Origin: a plasmid
Sequence record: NZ_CP096760.1
Length of the DNA: 64,000 bases
Strand: one strand, 5' to 3'
Numbering within the stretch: position 1 is the stretch's first letter; every line of letters starts with the position of its first letter. Under the pieces are notes generated by a model. That model ran no database searches. It saw only the letters and a program-made list of their open reading frames with translations, and was not told the DNA's origin. The translations under genes were made by a program, and so were the position numbers. Shown in pieces: positions 28,741 through 38,098 of the stretch.

Positions 28741-29709
28741 TTGATTGAGAAAGGTATGGAAAAGGTTTTACTCGATACACCAGATATTCTCGTTACTCGT
28801 AAATCACCTAAGCAAAACCACAACCTGTCATTGCTCAAGGACATCATTGTGGAGCCGGGTGACAAGAGTGACTGGGACCTTCTGCACGAATTGCACTACA
28901 AGGCAGAAACGCTGCCGATCGGTTCAAGGTTCTGGAAAGTAACCCTGCATGGCAAGACCATTGGTGTCGGGATTCTGGCTGTTCCCAAAATGTTGCTTTC
29001 GGGTCGTAATGACTTGTTCAAATATCTACGTCCAAACGTCAACGGCAAGGATACCCGCCTGATCAATAAAAGTCGGGCTGAATGGCTAAACGAAAATGTC
29101 TGCACCAATAGCCGACTTGTACTGGACACCATCTACCGTGGTTGCGGGATTGCGTATCGTGCCCAAAATTTAATGATGCGCATGGTGGATAGAAAACATA
29201 CCGAGTTCCAAAGCTCGATGTCGAAATTCAATCCATTCGCGGAAAGGGCAGGCATCAAGTTCACCCCGCCTAAGCAGGCGACCAATTATCAACGCGGTGT
29301 GGACTTCTTTGTGAAATGGTTTGAAACCAAGCATCCGACAGATGTTGTGGGGATTCTGGAGGAGCTGAGCTCCAAACCCGAACCTATCAAAAAGAAGATC
29401 ATCGCTGAAATGCGGAAGTTCTATTACCAATACAGCTCTTTGGAAAAATCCGGCAATAACCGGCTGAATGGTTTTAGCCGTGTAGAGAGCATGCCTGTCG
29501 AAAAGCTGCTAAAGAACATTCAACAACTGGTTTTTGCGTCTCCGTTATATGGGGTCTATACCAATCCTGACTTGATCTACAAAGCCAAACATCCTGAGCA
29601 CGAGATTCCCAAACGGGTATCAATTTTGGCATTTGACTGTCAGAAACCAGACGAACCCCTAAATGTTGAACTCATTAAATCAAGAGGGCTTTTATTCGAA
29701 TGCAATTAG
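28741..29709 (+). CDS. hypothetical protein (322 aa)
   Basis: ORF with RBS. Confidence 0.55.
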   Translation: MIEKGMEKVLLDTPDILVTRKSPKQNHNLSLLKDIIVEPGDKSDWDLLHELHYKAETLPIGSRFWKVTLHGKTIGVGILAVPKMLLSGRNDLFKYLRPNVNGKDTRLINKSRAEWLNENVCTNSRLVLDTIYRGCGIAYRAQNLMMRMVDRKHTEFQSSMSKFNPFAERAGIKFTPPKQATNYQRGVDFFVKWFETKHPTDVVGILEELSSKPEPIKKKIIAEMRKFYYQYSSLEKSGNNRLNGFSRVESMPVEKLLKNIQQLVFASPLYGVYTNPDLIYKAKHPEHEIPKRVSILAFDCQKPDEPLNVELIKSRGLLFECN

Positions 29710-30023
29710 GTCTAACCCCAAAACAGATCGAATTACTGACAAAGATTCGCGATAAAAATCCAGACGGTTCTTTGCTCTCAATCGAACAGCTTCATGACGC
29801 CGTGAGTTACACCTGCACCCGACAAGCCATTACATGCAGCCTAAATTTTCTGATTAAAAGAGGCCTGATTGAGAAGAGCGGGCAAAACGTGGTGAGAAAC
29901 GGGCGTAGATTTACGGTCGTCAGCATCAAGCCATTGGGCGAGGAAATACTAAACGCCTATGTACCTTCGCTACGGCAGGTACTTGTAGAAAATGAGGATG
30001 AGGAAATTGAAAAAATCTTCTAA
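29700..30023 (+). CDS. winged-helix DNA-binding-like small protein
   Basis: 107 aa, basic, helix-rich. Confidence 0.4.
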   Translation: MQLGLTPKQIELLTKIRDKNPDGSLLSIEQLHDAVSYTCTRQAITCSLNFLIKRGLIEKSGQNVVRNGRRFTVVSIKPLGEEILNAYVPSLRQVLVENEDEEIEKIF

Positions 30024-30120
30024 GGTAAAAAGCGTTAAGAAAACCTCGCCAAGTTGGTTCCGCACTCCGTACAATCGCTTATGGTATGTTTTGGTCCAAG
30101 ACCCAAAACAATTCTTGGCT

Positions 30121-30486
30121 ATGGAAGATGAAAGCCATCATGCGCTTTACGAGATTGCTAAAGAGCATTTTCAGTCCCATTTTAAAGCCATCACTTTCTA
30201 TGCCGCCAACAATTCGGGCGAGTTGATTGCCGCGATCTATTATCCGAGGATGTTTGACGCTGACGAAAATGAGGTACTAACCGTGCTTTGCCATGAGTGT
30301 GTTCACATATGGCAGGAATTCGCGGAAAGCCTACATGAACACGAGCCTTCGCGTGAATTTGAGGCTTATACCATTGATGAGATTTTTGGAAACGTCCTGA
30401 CTGAATACCGCAAGTTAGTGGAAATCAATAAAGCCCATACCGAGAGTAAAGCCATTAAACATAAAAAACAGCCCGACCTTGTTTAA
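30121..30486 (+). CDS. HExxH zinc-metallopeptidase-like protein
   Basis: LCHECVHIWQEF..HEHE motif; a start at 29992 is also possible. Confidence 0.4.
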   Translation: MEDESHHALYEIAKEHFQSHFKAITFYAANNSGELIAAIYYPRMFDADENEVLTVLCHECVHIWQEFAESLHEHEPSREFEAYTIDEIFGNVLTEYRKLVEINKAHTESKAIKHKKQPDLV

Positions 30487-30490
30487 TTCC

Positions 30491-30602
30491 GACATTTGGG
30501 TAATTTGGGTTTTCCGCAACTCTTCGAATAATATATTATTAATAAGTGCTTACTTTATTGTATTATTAATATATTCGGAAAACTGCGGAACTCCCAAATG
30601 TC
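30491..30602. repeat. about 110-bp imperfect palindrome centred on a degenerate motif copy (30536-30556)
   Basis: Arms GACATTTGGG..TTCCGCA..CGAATAATATATT (30491-30537) and reverse complement (30569-30602). Confidence 0.6.
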
Positions 30603-30999
30603 CCAAGTACAGGAAATCTTTCTTATCGGCGAAGATTTTGAGCCAGGCATCGTCGGAAATTCTGAAATTGATATTTTATTGGGCCATGACACGGCGATCT
30701 GTGGAGAGTTCGCAATCAGGAAGGAAGATGGCTATACACACTGTCCGGACTATTGCGAGGATAAGAATATAACTTTCAGGGAGTTATACAAATTAAACTT
30801 ACATCCACTCATCCTTCCAGCCAGCCATGAATCCTCCAAAAGACGCTCTAAAAAAGCTTTAGAGAAAGCCGAACAGCTTCAAGACAAGTTTGTTGCAGTC
30901 TTTATTCTTGGCTCTGAATTTTACGTAACCAGACCATTTGAAAGTGAAAATACAGCACTAGCTTGCGTGCTTTGGTATGCGCTTGCTTATTACTCTTAA
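30598..30999 (+). CDS. hypothetical protein
   Basis: 133-aa ORF. Confidence 0.45.
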   Translation: MSQVQEIFLIGEDFEPGIVGNSEIDILLGHDTAICGEFAIRKEDGYTHCPDYCEDKNITFRELYKLNLHPLILPASHESSKRRSKKALEKAEQLQDKFVAVFILGSEFYVTRPFESENTALACVLWYALAYYS

Positions 31000-31005
31000 A
31001 TAAAA

Positions 31006-31026
31006 TTATTAATAAGCGCTTATTAT
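31006..31026. repeat. prophage palindromic motif copy (variant TAATAAGCGCTTATTA)
   Basis: Palindrome upstream of TerS. Confidence 0.7.
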
Positions 31027-31151
31027 TTACTTTTGGTTTTATTTTGCTTATCCTAGAGGCCATCGGACATGTTTGAAATGGTGCGTGTCTGACTTTTTAG
31101 AGGGCGCATATCATTTAGTAGCTGGTACGCGCCTTTTTTTTAGGTGATTGC

Positions 31152-31757
31152 ATGACTGAAGAAACAGCCAACAAACGCAGATACCCTTCAGCAAGTGCTT
31201 GGGCAGAAGCAGAGGCGTTATGGGCTTCTGGTGATGTGACCCTAGAGGACTTAGCCAAGAAAGTCGGGGTAAGCGCAACTTCCGTTTCCCTTCACATGAA
31301 GAAGCGGAAAATCACGAAAGGGGAGAAGGCCAAGGAACATTCCGAGCGTATCTCCAAACAGGTCGCCGAAGATATTTTGTCAGAAGGGACCGTACATAGC
31401 CAAAGAATTAAGGAAACCAAAGAAGAACATTACAAGATGGCGACGGGTCTAGCTCGCCTGACTTGGAATGAAATTGTCACTGCCAAGGCAAAGGGCGGTG
31501 CTTATGCGGCGATTCAACAAAATTTAAAAGCACTAGAAATCGCTTCGAATGTTTTGGCAAAGATCCGCCAAGAACGGTACGCCGTTTTAGGTTTGGATAA
31601 GCCTGATGCTGTAGATGCTACTCAACTTCCGGAATTGGTAATTGAAGAATTGACGGCCGATCAGGTTCAACAATTGAAAGAGCGTGATTTCAACAATGGT
31701 AATTACGACTTTGAAGATGAGGACATGTTAGAGCCATCAAATGATTCAGGGGAATGA
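31152..31757 (+). CDS. terminase small subunit (putative)
   Basis: 201 aa with N-terminal HTH; immediately 5' of TerL. Confidence 0.6.
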   Translation: MTEETANKRRYPSASAWAEAEALWASGDVTLEDLAKKVGVSATSVSLHMKKRKITKGEKAKEHSERISKQVAEDILSEGTVHSQRIKETKEEHYKMATGLARLTWNEIVTAKAKGGAYAAIQQNLKALEIASNVLAKIRQERYAVLGLDKPDAVDATQLPELVIEELTADQVQQLKERDFNNGNYDFEDEDMLEPSNDSGE

Positions 31758-31766
31758 TGGTTTTAG

Positions 31767-33011
31767 ATGGCAGATAAGGTTCGGCTTTCATTGCATCCAA
31801 AGCAAATGGAAGTCTATCTTTCAAATGCTCGATTTCGCGTAGTGGTTGCTGGTCGCCGATGGGGTAAGACCAGCCTTTCGCGTACTCTGATTATCAGTAA
31901 AAGTAGAAAGCCAAGACAAAGAATCTGGTACGTAGCGCCAACTTACCGAATGGCAAAACAAATCATGTGGAAGGATTTGATTGAAGCCATTCCTAGGAAG
32001 TGGGTAGTTAAGATTAACCATTCAAGTCTATCTATTGAACTTGTTAATGGCACCCTGATTGAACTTAAAGGCGCTGATGACCCAGACTCTTTGCGTGGTG
32101 TGGGTATCGATTTCTTGGTATTGGACGAATTCCAAGACATTAGCGAAGAGGCATGGACACAATGTTTGCGTCCTACCCTTGCCTCTACAGGTGGTCATGC
32201 CATCTTTATCGGCACACCTAAAGCATATAACCAGTTATATACCGTCTATATGCAGGGACAAGACCCGAAAAAGGTCAAAGCTGGCCAATGGCAGTCATGG
32301 CAGTTCCCAACCATTACATCTCCATTTATTCCTGAATCGGAAATTGAAGCGGCTAGAGCCGATATGGATGAGAAATCATTCAAGCAGGAATTTTTGGCTT
32401 CCTTCGAAACCATGTCTGGACGTGTTTATTACCCGTTTGATCGTAAGGAACATGTCGGGAAATATCCTTTTGATCCAAAACTGCCAATCTGGATCGGCAT
32501 GGACTTTAACATCGACCCAATGAGTACCGTCATCATGCAGCCGCAACCAAATGGCGAAGTTTGGGTGGTTGATGAGATTGTCCAGTTTGGCTCTAACACG
32601 GAAGAGATTTGTGAAGAGATTGAACGGAAATACTGGCGGTATATGAAACAGATTGTCATTTTCCCCGATCCTGCTGGCGGTCAACGCCAACATGCTCGTG
32701 GTGAGTCCGACTTGGACATCATGCGCGAGAAGGGATTTAAGAAAATTCTTTACAGAAGAAAGCACCCTGCAATTGCCGACAGGGTAAATGCAGTTAACCG
32801 CATGTTGAGAACTGCGGATGGAACAGTTGCATTAAGGGTTGATGAAAAATGTAAGCATTTGATCAATTCATTTGAACAGACCATCTACAAACCAGGTGGA
32901 CGTGATGTTGATAAATCAGGTGGTGTAGAACACAGTGCCGACGCCATTGGATATGCAATCGAACACCAATTCCCACTTCGTAAGATTGAAATTAAAGGCG
33001 TTTCAATTTAA
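31767..33011 (+). CDS. terminase large subunit
   Basis: Walker A VVVAGRRWGKTS, Walker B LVLDEF; 414 aa. Confidence 0.8.
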   Translation: MADKVRLSLHPKQMEVYLSNARFRVVVAGRRWGKTSLSRTLIISKSRKPRQRIWYVAPTYRMAKQIMWKDLIEAIPRKWVVKINHSSLSIELVNGTLIELKGADDPDSLRGVGIDFLVLDEFQDISEEAWTQCLRPTLASTGGHAIFIGTPKAYNQLYTVYMQGQDPKKVKAGQWQSWQFPTITSPFIPESEIEAARADMDEKSFKQEFLASFETMSGRVYYPFDRKEHVGKYPFDPKLPIWIGMDFNIDPMSTVIMQPQPNGEVWVVDEIVQFGSNTEEICEEIERKYWRYMKQIVIFPDPAGGQRQHARGESDLDIMREKGFKKILYRRKHPAIADRVNAVNRMLRTADGTVALRVDEKCKHLINSFEQTIYKPGGRDVDKSGGVEHSADAIGYAIEHQFPLRKIEIKGVSI

Positions 33012-33017
33012 CCTATA

Positions 33018-33039
33018 TTATTAGTAAGCGCTTACTAAT
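33018..33039. repeat. prophage palindromic motif copy (perfect: TATTAGTAAGCGCTTACTAATA)
   Basis: Between TerL and portal. Confidence 0.85.
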
Positions 33040-33056
33040 ATTTTGAAGGCGATAAG

Positions 33057-34727
33057 ATGACAACCGAACTATCCTCATACGACCGACATGCAATAAGTTC
33101 GACCGCTTCCTCAGAAGAAGCGAATGACCCTCTTGTACGTTTAGTATCACGTCGTCATCCACTATATGAAGCCATGTCCAAACACTGGATGTTTATGGAT
33201 GACACCTATAGCGGTGGCAGAGAATGGTTTAATCATCATATCTTCAAATACATCAAAGAGGGTGATGCCGAATTCAAGGATCGTATCTCACGCGCTTATC
33301 GTTTCAACCATACCCGCGAAGTTGTAGATTTAATTAATAAATATTTATTCAAGCAGGAAATCACCCGCAATAAGGTAGATGCTCCTGCCGACGTGGTGAA
33401 GTTTTGGAAAAACTGCACCAAGAGCGGCTTGACGATTAATGATTTCGTTCGCCAGATCAGTAAGAAAACCTCAATTTACGGTCGTATTGGGGTAGTTATT
33501 GATATGGATGCGGTACCAGAAGATCAAAGACCCTTAAACAAACGGGAAGAAAAGGAAGCTGGGCTATCTGCTTACGCCTACATCATCACTCCGCTTCAAA
33601 TGCTGGATTATTCGTTTGATGATCACGGCAAATTAAACTGGATGCTGATTCATGAAGTGGTTCGCGATGATGAGGATCCACTAAATTCAACAGGCAAGGC
33701 GATTCACCGCTTCCGCTTATGGACGAAAACGGAATGGAAACTGTTCGAAAAGCAGAATGATGATCAGAACGGCAAGATTACGATTAAAGAGATTGATCGA
33801 GGTAGCAATACCATTGGTGAAGTCCCAATCATTCTGGCTGACAACATCATTTCAGACGAAGAATATTCTGCACCATCCCTGATCGATGACATCGCCTATC
33901 TGGACAGGGCGGTTGCCAATTATCTATCAAACCTTGACGCCATCATTCAGGACCAAACCTTCAGCCAGTTAGCCATGCCAGTACAAGGCATGCTGCCGGG
34001 CGATGAAAGCGAGAAAAAGCTCATTGAAATGGGCACCAAACGTCTCTTTACCTATGATGGGTCTGATGGCGCAAAACCTTACTACCTATCGCCTGATGTA
34101 AAGCAGGCTGACCTGATCATTCAAGTGGTCACCAAAATCATTAACGAAATCTATCACACCGTTGGGTTGGCCGGCGAAAGAACCAAACAGGATAACGCCG
34201 TAGGTATCGACAATAGTTCTGGTGTAGCTAAAGCCTATGACTTTGAACGGGTAAACGCATTGTTAGCAGCGAAGGCAGATAGCCTTGAAGCGATTGAAAA
34301 CAAAATCGTTGATCTGGTTTGCAAACGTCATGGGGTCAAATTGAAGGAAGACAGCACTCCTTTAGTTTCATATCCAGATAACTTCGATACACGCGGCTTA
34401 TACGACGAATTTGATATTGCTGCACGCCTGATGCTGATTGATGCACCAGAAACCATTCGCAGACATCAAATGGAGTCCATTGTTGAAAAGCTCTTTCCTC
34501 AATTAAGCAAGGCGTTGAAAGACGAAATGCTACGCGACCTAAAGAACTGGCCGACAGACCCTTTGGAAGAGTTGACCAACAGAACTACCGATACGACGGG
34601 AGAGGGGAATCTAAAGCGTAACATTACACGCTCCTCTTCCGGCACACCAACCAAACCATCGTCCAATAGCTCAACAAAGGCGAACAAAAAAACTCGCCAA
34701 GGGCAAGTGACAGAATCAACAAGCTAA
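33057..34727 (+). CDS. portal protein (putative)
   Basis: 556 aa, follows TerL. Confidence 0.6.
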   Translation: MTTELSSYDRHAISSTASSEEANDPLVRLVSRRHPLYEAMSKHWMFMDDTYSGGREWFNHHIFKYIKEGDAEFKDRISRAYRFNHTREVVDLINKYLFKQEITRNKVDAPADVVKFWKNCTKSGLTINDFVRQISKKTSIYGRIGVVIDMDAVPEDQRPLNKREEKEAGLSAYAYIITPLQMLDYSFDDHGKLNWMLIHEVVRDDEDPLNSTGKAIHRFRLWTKTEWKLFEKQNDDQNGKITIKEIDRGSNTIGEVPIILADNIISDEEYSAPSLIDDIAYLDRAVANYLSNLDAIIQDQTFSQLAMPVQGMLPGDESEKKLIEMGTKRLFTYDGSDGAKPYYLSPDVKQADLIIQVVTKIINEIYHTVGLAGERTKQDNAVGIDNSSGVAKAYDFERVNALLAAKADSLEAIENKIVDLVCKRHGVKLKEDSTPLVSYPDNFDTRGLYDEFDIAARLMLIDAPETIRRHQMESIVEKLFPQLSKALKDEMLRDLKNWPTDPLEELTNRTTDTTGEGNLKRNITRSSSGTPTKPSSNSSTKANKKTRQGQVTESTS

Positions 34728-34770
34728 GAGAACAGCGAGATTTTAGCTAAGAGAACAGCGGAGACACATT

Positions 34771-35649
34771 ATGCCTTTATGGATGCAATTACTTATTAAC
34801 GGCGGCGTTTTACGAAACCCAGCAGACGGCGAGGGAAATGACCTCGGCGGTGGCGGTGAGGGCGGCGGTAACAATGACGATGTTACTGACGATGACGATC
34901 AGGGCAAAGAGGCTGATTCGGAAAAAGATAAAGATGATGCCGATGAGCAAAAAGACAAACAGCCTAATGGTGGTAAAAACAAGCTTACCGACAAAGAAGC
35001 TGAATTAATCAAGGAAGTAATGAAACGCAAGGATCGTGAAAAGAAGCTTCTTCAAGAATTTGACGAATTCAAACGCCAGTTTGCAGACATTGATCCAGAA
35101 TTGGCACGTAAGGCAATTGCCGCTCAAAAAGAAAAAGAAACTCGTGAGCTGGAAGAAAAAGGGGAATACGAGCGCGTTAAGCAAAGTATGGCCCAACAGC
35201 ATCAGGCAGAAGTTAATCGTCTGCAACAACAAATTAAAGACTTACAACAACAGTTGGGAAGCAAGGATAGCCAGATCAATGAATTAACTATCGGCTCTAA
35301 CTTCTCACGTTCCGCATACATTGCAGAGGAATTGACCTTAACCCCAAATAAGGCGCGTGCTTTATATGGCGCACACTTTGAAATCGAAAATGGAGAAGTG
35401 ATTGGCTATGACAAACCTCGCGGCGCTGCAAATCGTACTGCATTGGTTGACAGTTATGGCAATCCGTTATCTTTCGACAAAGCGATGCAAAAAATCATCG
35501 AAGCAGATCCAGAGCGAGACACCTTGATCCGCTCTAAAGTTAATCCTGGAGCTGGCTCAAAAACCAAGCAAGAAAATAAAGGTTTGCAGAAAGAGCAACC
35601 TAAGACTTCCTTGGAAAAAATCATGGCTGGCTTAAGGGGTGAAAGTTAA
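34771..35649 (+). CDS. scaffolding protein (putative)
   Basis: Acidic, coiled-coil-rich 292 aa between portal and capsid. Confidence 0.55.
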   Translation: MPLWMQLLINGGVLRNPADGEGNDLGGGGEGGGNNDDVTDDDDQGKEADSEKDKDDADEQKDKQPNGGKNKLTDKEAELIKEVMKRKDREKKLLQEFDEFKRQFADIDPELARKAIAAQKEKETRELEEKGEYERVKQSMAQQHQAEVNRLQQQIKDLQQQLGSKDSQINELTIGSNFSRSAYIAEELTLTPNKARALYGAHFEIENGEVIGYDKPRGAANRTALVDSYGNPLSFDKAMQKIIEADPERDTLIRSKVNPGAGSKTKQENKGLQKEQPKTSLEKIMAGLRGES

Positions 35650-35664
35650 TATTTTCACTAAAAA

Positions 35665-35686
35665 TTATTAGTAAGCGCTTATTGAT
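35665..35686. repeat. prophage palindromic motif copy
   Basis: ATTAGTAAGCGCTTATTGATAA upstream of the capsid gene. Confidence 0.75.
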
Positions 35687-35784
35687 AATCAAATAGGCGT
35701 TTGCTAATATTTGACCAGTAACCATCGGCGCTAGAGAGAGTTAGTTCGTCCGAAGAAAGCTAATCAGTAAATGGAGCATTATTA

Positions 35785-36687
35785 ATGCCTTTATTGCGCG
35801 AAGAAGCGGAAAAACTCTCGAACAACCAACTTGTTCAAGGCGTTGTTGAAGAAATCATTGACCGCGATGACCTTTTTGCCATTTTGCCTTTTACACAAGT
35901 AAATGGTAAGGCATATGTTTACAACCGTGAAAAAACCCTTGGTGGTGCCAACTGGCTTGATCCTAATGAAGTGATCGAAGAAGAAGGCTCAACATTCGAC
36001 GAAGTGACAGCGCATTTACGCATCTTAGCTGGTGACGTTGATGTTGATAAATTCTTAGACTCTACAATGGGTGATACGAACGCTCAAAAGGCGATTCAAA
36101 TCAAGCAAAAGGCCAAAGGTGTTGCTCGCGAATTCCACCGTACTTTGGCTCGTGGTGATTCGAAAACTAACGCGAAAGAGTTTGACGGCTTTGACAAGCT
36201 TGTAACCTCTACTCAAATCGTTGACGCTGGTGCTGACGGCAATCCATTAACTCTTACCATGTTGGACGAATTGTGTGACGCTGTGCCGAATGGCGCAGAC
36301 GTGATCGTAATGCGTCGTGGTACGATCCGTGCCTACCGTGCATTGCTTCGTGCAACCTATGGTACTGATGCCGTAATGCAACAGTTATCTAACTTTGGTC
36401 GCCCAATGCTTACTCACAACGGTATTCCTATCATCATGAATGATTGGATTGCCGGCGATGAAGTGAAAGGCACGAACTCAAAAACCACTTCGATTTATGC
36501 TGTACGCTTAAATGAAGTTGACGGTTTACACGGCCTTTATGGTGGTGGAAATGCAGGTATCGTTGTTGAAGACATCGGTACAGTGCAAAACAAAGATGCT
36601 ACTCGTACACGTATCAAGTGGTACTGTGGTTTAGCTCTTAAATCCACTCGCTCAATTGCAGCAATTCGTGGCGTGACTAATATTTAA
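35785..36687 (+). CDS. major capsid protein (putative)
   Basis: 300 aa; flanked by the motif and a strong terminator. Confidence 0.65.
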   Translation: MPLLREEAEKLSNNQLVQGVVEEIIDRDDLFAILPFTQVNGKAYVYNREKTLGGANWLDPNEVIEEEGSTFDEVTAHLRILAGDVDVDKFLDSTMGDTNAQKAIQIKQKAKGVAREFHRTLARGDSKTNAKEFDGFDKLVTSTQIVDAGADGNPLTLTMLDELCDAVPNGADVIVMRRGTIRAYRALLRATYGTDAVMQQLSNFGRPMLTHNGIPIIMNDWIAGDEVKGTNSKTTSIYAVRLNEVDGLHGLYGGGNAGIVVEDIGTVQNKDATRTRIKWYCGLALKSTRSIAAIRGVTNI

Positions 36688-36693
36688 CTATAA

Positions 36694-36717
36694 ATATTAG
36701 TTAGCACTTATTGATAA
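36694..36717. repeat. prophage palindromic motif copy
   Basis: AATATTAGTTAGCACTTATTGATA, immediately 5' of a terminator. Confidence 0.7.
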
Positions 36718-36718
36718 A

Positions 36719-36746
36719 AAAGAGACTAGAAATAGTCTCTTTTTTA
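36719..36746 (+). terminator. rho-independent terminator after the capsid gene
   Basis: AGAGACTA-gaaa-TAGTCTCT plus T6. Confidence 0.8.
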
Positions 36747-36825
36747 TTGAAAGCATTATTTATATTGATTGTTTAAATATTAGTTATAACTTATTATTTA
36801 ACTAAAATGGCAGGTTGGATTAAGC

Positions 36826-37320
36826 ATGAAATTAAAATTAACCGGAGCTGGATTCGAAAATTATACAGGTCAAATGGGCGTGGTATTTTTTGAAAATGGC
36901 TTATCGAAATATGACGTGATGCCTAATGATGCAATTCGCATTGCAAGTACCATTGGCGCAGTATGGGAAAACGGCGATCCCGCGAATTTAGGTGCAATTC
37001 ATACACAGAACCTTATGACTCCCGCACCTGATATTCGCCAACAGTCGGGACTTGAATTGCTGCACTCGATTACTGGTCATGCTCACTTAAATGCAGATCA
37101 GGTTCAGCAGCATTCCGATCAGGTTGCCAGTTTAACGACTGGGGTAGAAAAGCAGGAAAGTACAGCCAAGAAAGCGGAACCTAAATACACTCAGGAAGCT
37201 TTGGAAAAGATTGCTGATGAAAGTGGCATTGCGGGATTACGCGAGATTGCAGCCGAATTTAATGTCAAAGGCAATTCAATTGCCACATTAATCAAAGCCA
37301 TCATGAATGCACAGGAATAA
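36826..37320 (+). CDS. hypothetical head-associated protein
   Basis: 164-aa ORF. Confidence 0.5.
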   Translation: MKLKLTGAGFENYTGQMGVVFFENGLSKYDVMPNDAIRIASTIGAVWENGDPANLGAIHTQNLMTPAPDIRQQSGLELLHSITGHAHLNADQVQQHSDQVASLTTGVEKQESTAKKAEPKYTQEALEKIADESGIAGLREIAAEFNVKGNSIATLIKAIMNAQE

Positions 37321-37326
37321 TACCTG

Positions 37327-38097
37327 ATGAATTACTACCTTGCCGGAACGTCAGTATCTCTTCCTATCAACTTTGTCGATGACGACGGAAATCCCCTTGA
37401 AGTGACCCAAGGAAGCTACCGTATTGTCGATCAAAACGGTGTAGAGATTAAGCCAAAGGCCGAATTCGATGTCACCCAAACCAAGGTAACTGTAGAGGCT
37501 GAATATAACCAGATTCCCGCTCTCAACCCTATGGAAATCAAGGTTGAGGACATGGACTCAATTGAGATCGATCATTTGCGTATTCTCCAATTTGATCTAA
37601 TCAATCGGGATGGGAATACCTATGCGTTTGACGTCAGCTACCTCATTTCACCAAGAGAACGGTTGATTGTAGGTTTAAACAGTTTTCAGACATTAAATCA
37701 GGCAAAGCTGACAGCATTGACGATGCCGGAAACGGAAGTTTTCCTCACAGAAGGCGAAGTTCGTAAGGTAGCGGCTTTGATTGAGGCGAGACAGCGGATT
37801 TGCACGCTCAATATTCCAAGTGTCAATTTACGAGCCACGACACCATCCGCCTACCAGAAGCTATCAGAGCAATTTAAGGCTGCCTTGAGAAAGGCGCAAG
37901 TTGCGGAAGCGAATGCAATTCTTGGCGGTGGTGATCCCATCGAATTAGCTCTTGCACAGGGCCTTAAATCCAAAACCATTGGCGAAACCCATGAGAGCTA
38001 TATCGGTGGGCGACAACTCAGGTTAGCGGTTAGCAAGGCAACTCTAAGATATTTGAGTGGCTTTGTATCGACAAGCAAGGTTATTGCGAGGGTTTAA
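37327..38097 (+). CDS. hypothetical structural protein
   Basis: 256-aa ORF. Confidence 0.5.
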   Translation: MNYYLAGTSVSLPINFVDDDGNPLEVTQGSYRIVDQNGVEIKPKAEFDVTQTKVTVEAEYNQIPALNPMEIKVEDMDSIEIDHLRILQFDLINRDGNTYAFDVSYLISPRERLIVGLNSFQTLNQAKLTALTMPETEVFLTEGEVRKVAALIEARQRICTLNIPSVNLRATTPSAYQKLSEQFKAALRKAQVAEANAILGGGDPIELALAQGLKSKTIGETHESYIGGRQLRLAVSKATLRYLSGFVSTSKVIARV

Positions 38098-38098
38098 A

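Noticed and set aside
20906-29430. Antisense or embedded ORFs in the early block (20906-21109, 21471-21662, 22592-22777, 23877-24173, 24047-24289, 25264-25488, 26188-26373, 27117-27548, 27193-27453, 27586-27771, 27999-28292, 28060-28263, 28390-28641, 28745-28942, 28896-29132, 29170-29430)
   Set aside because: They are embedded in the helicase, ParB, ABC ATPase, thioredoxin and 322-aa genes, with Ser/Arg- or Cys-rich improbable translations.
30479-30772. ORF 30479-30772 spanning the large palindrome
   Set aside because: It reads through the palindromic non-coding element and overlaps the better-supported ORF 30598-30999.
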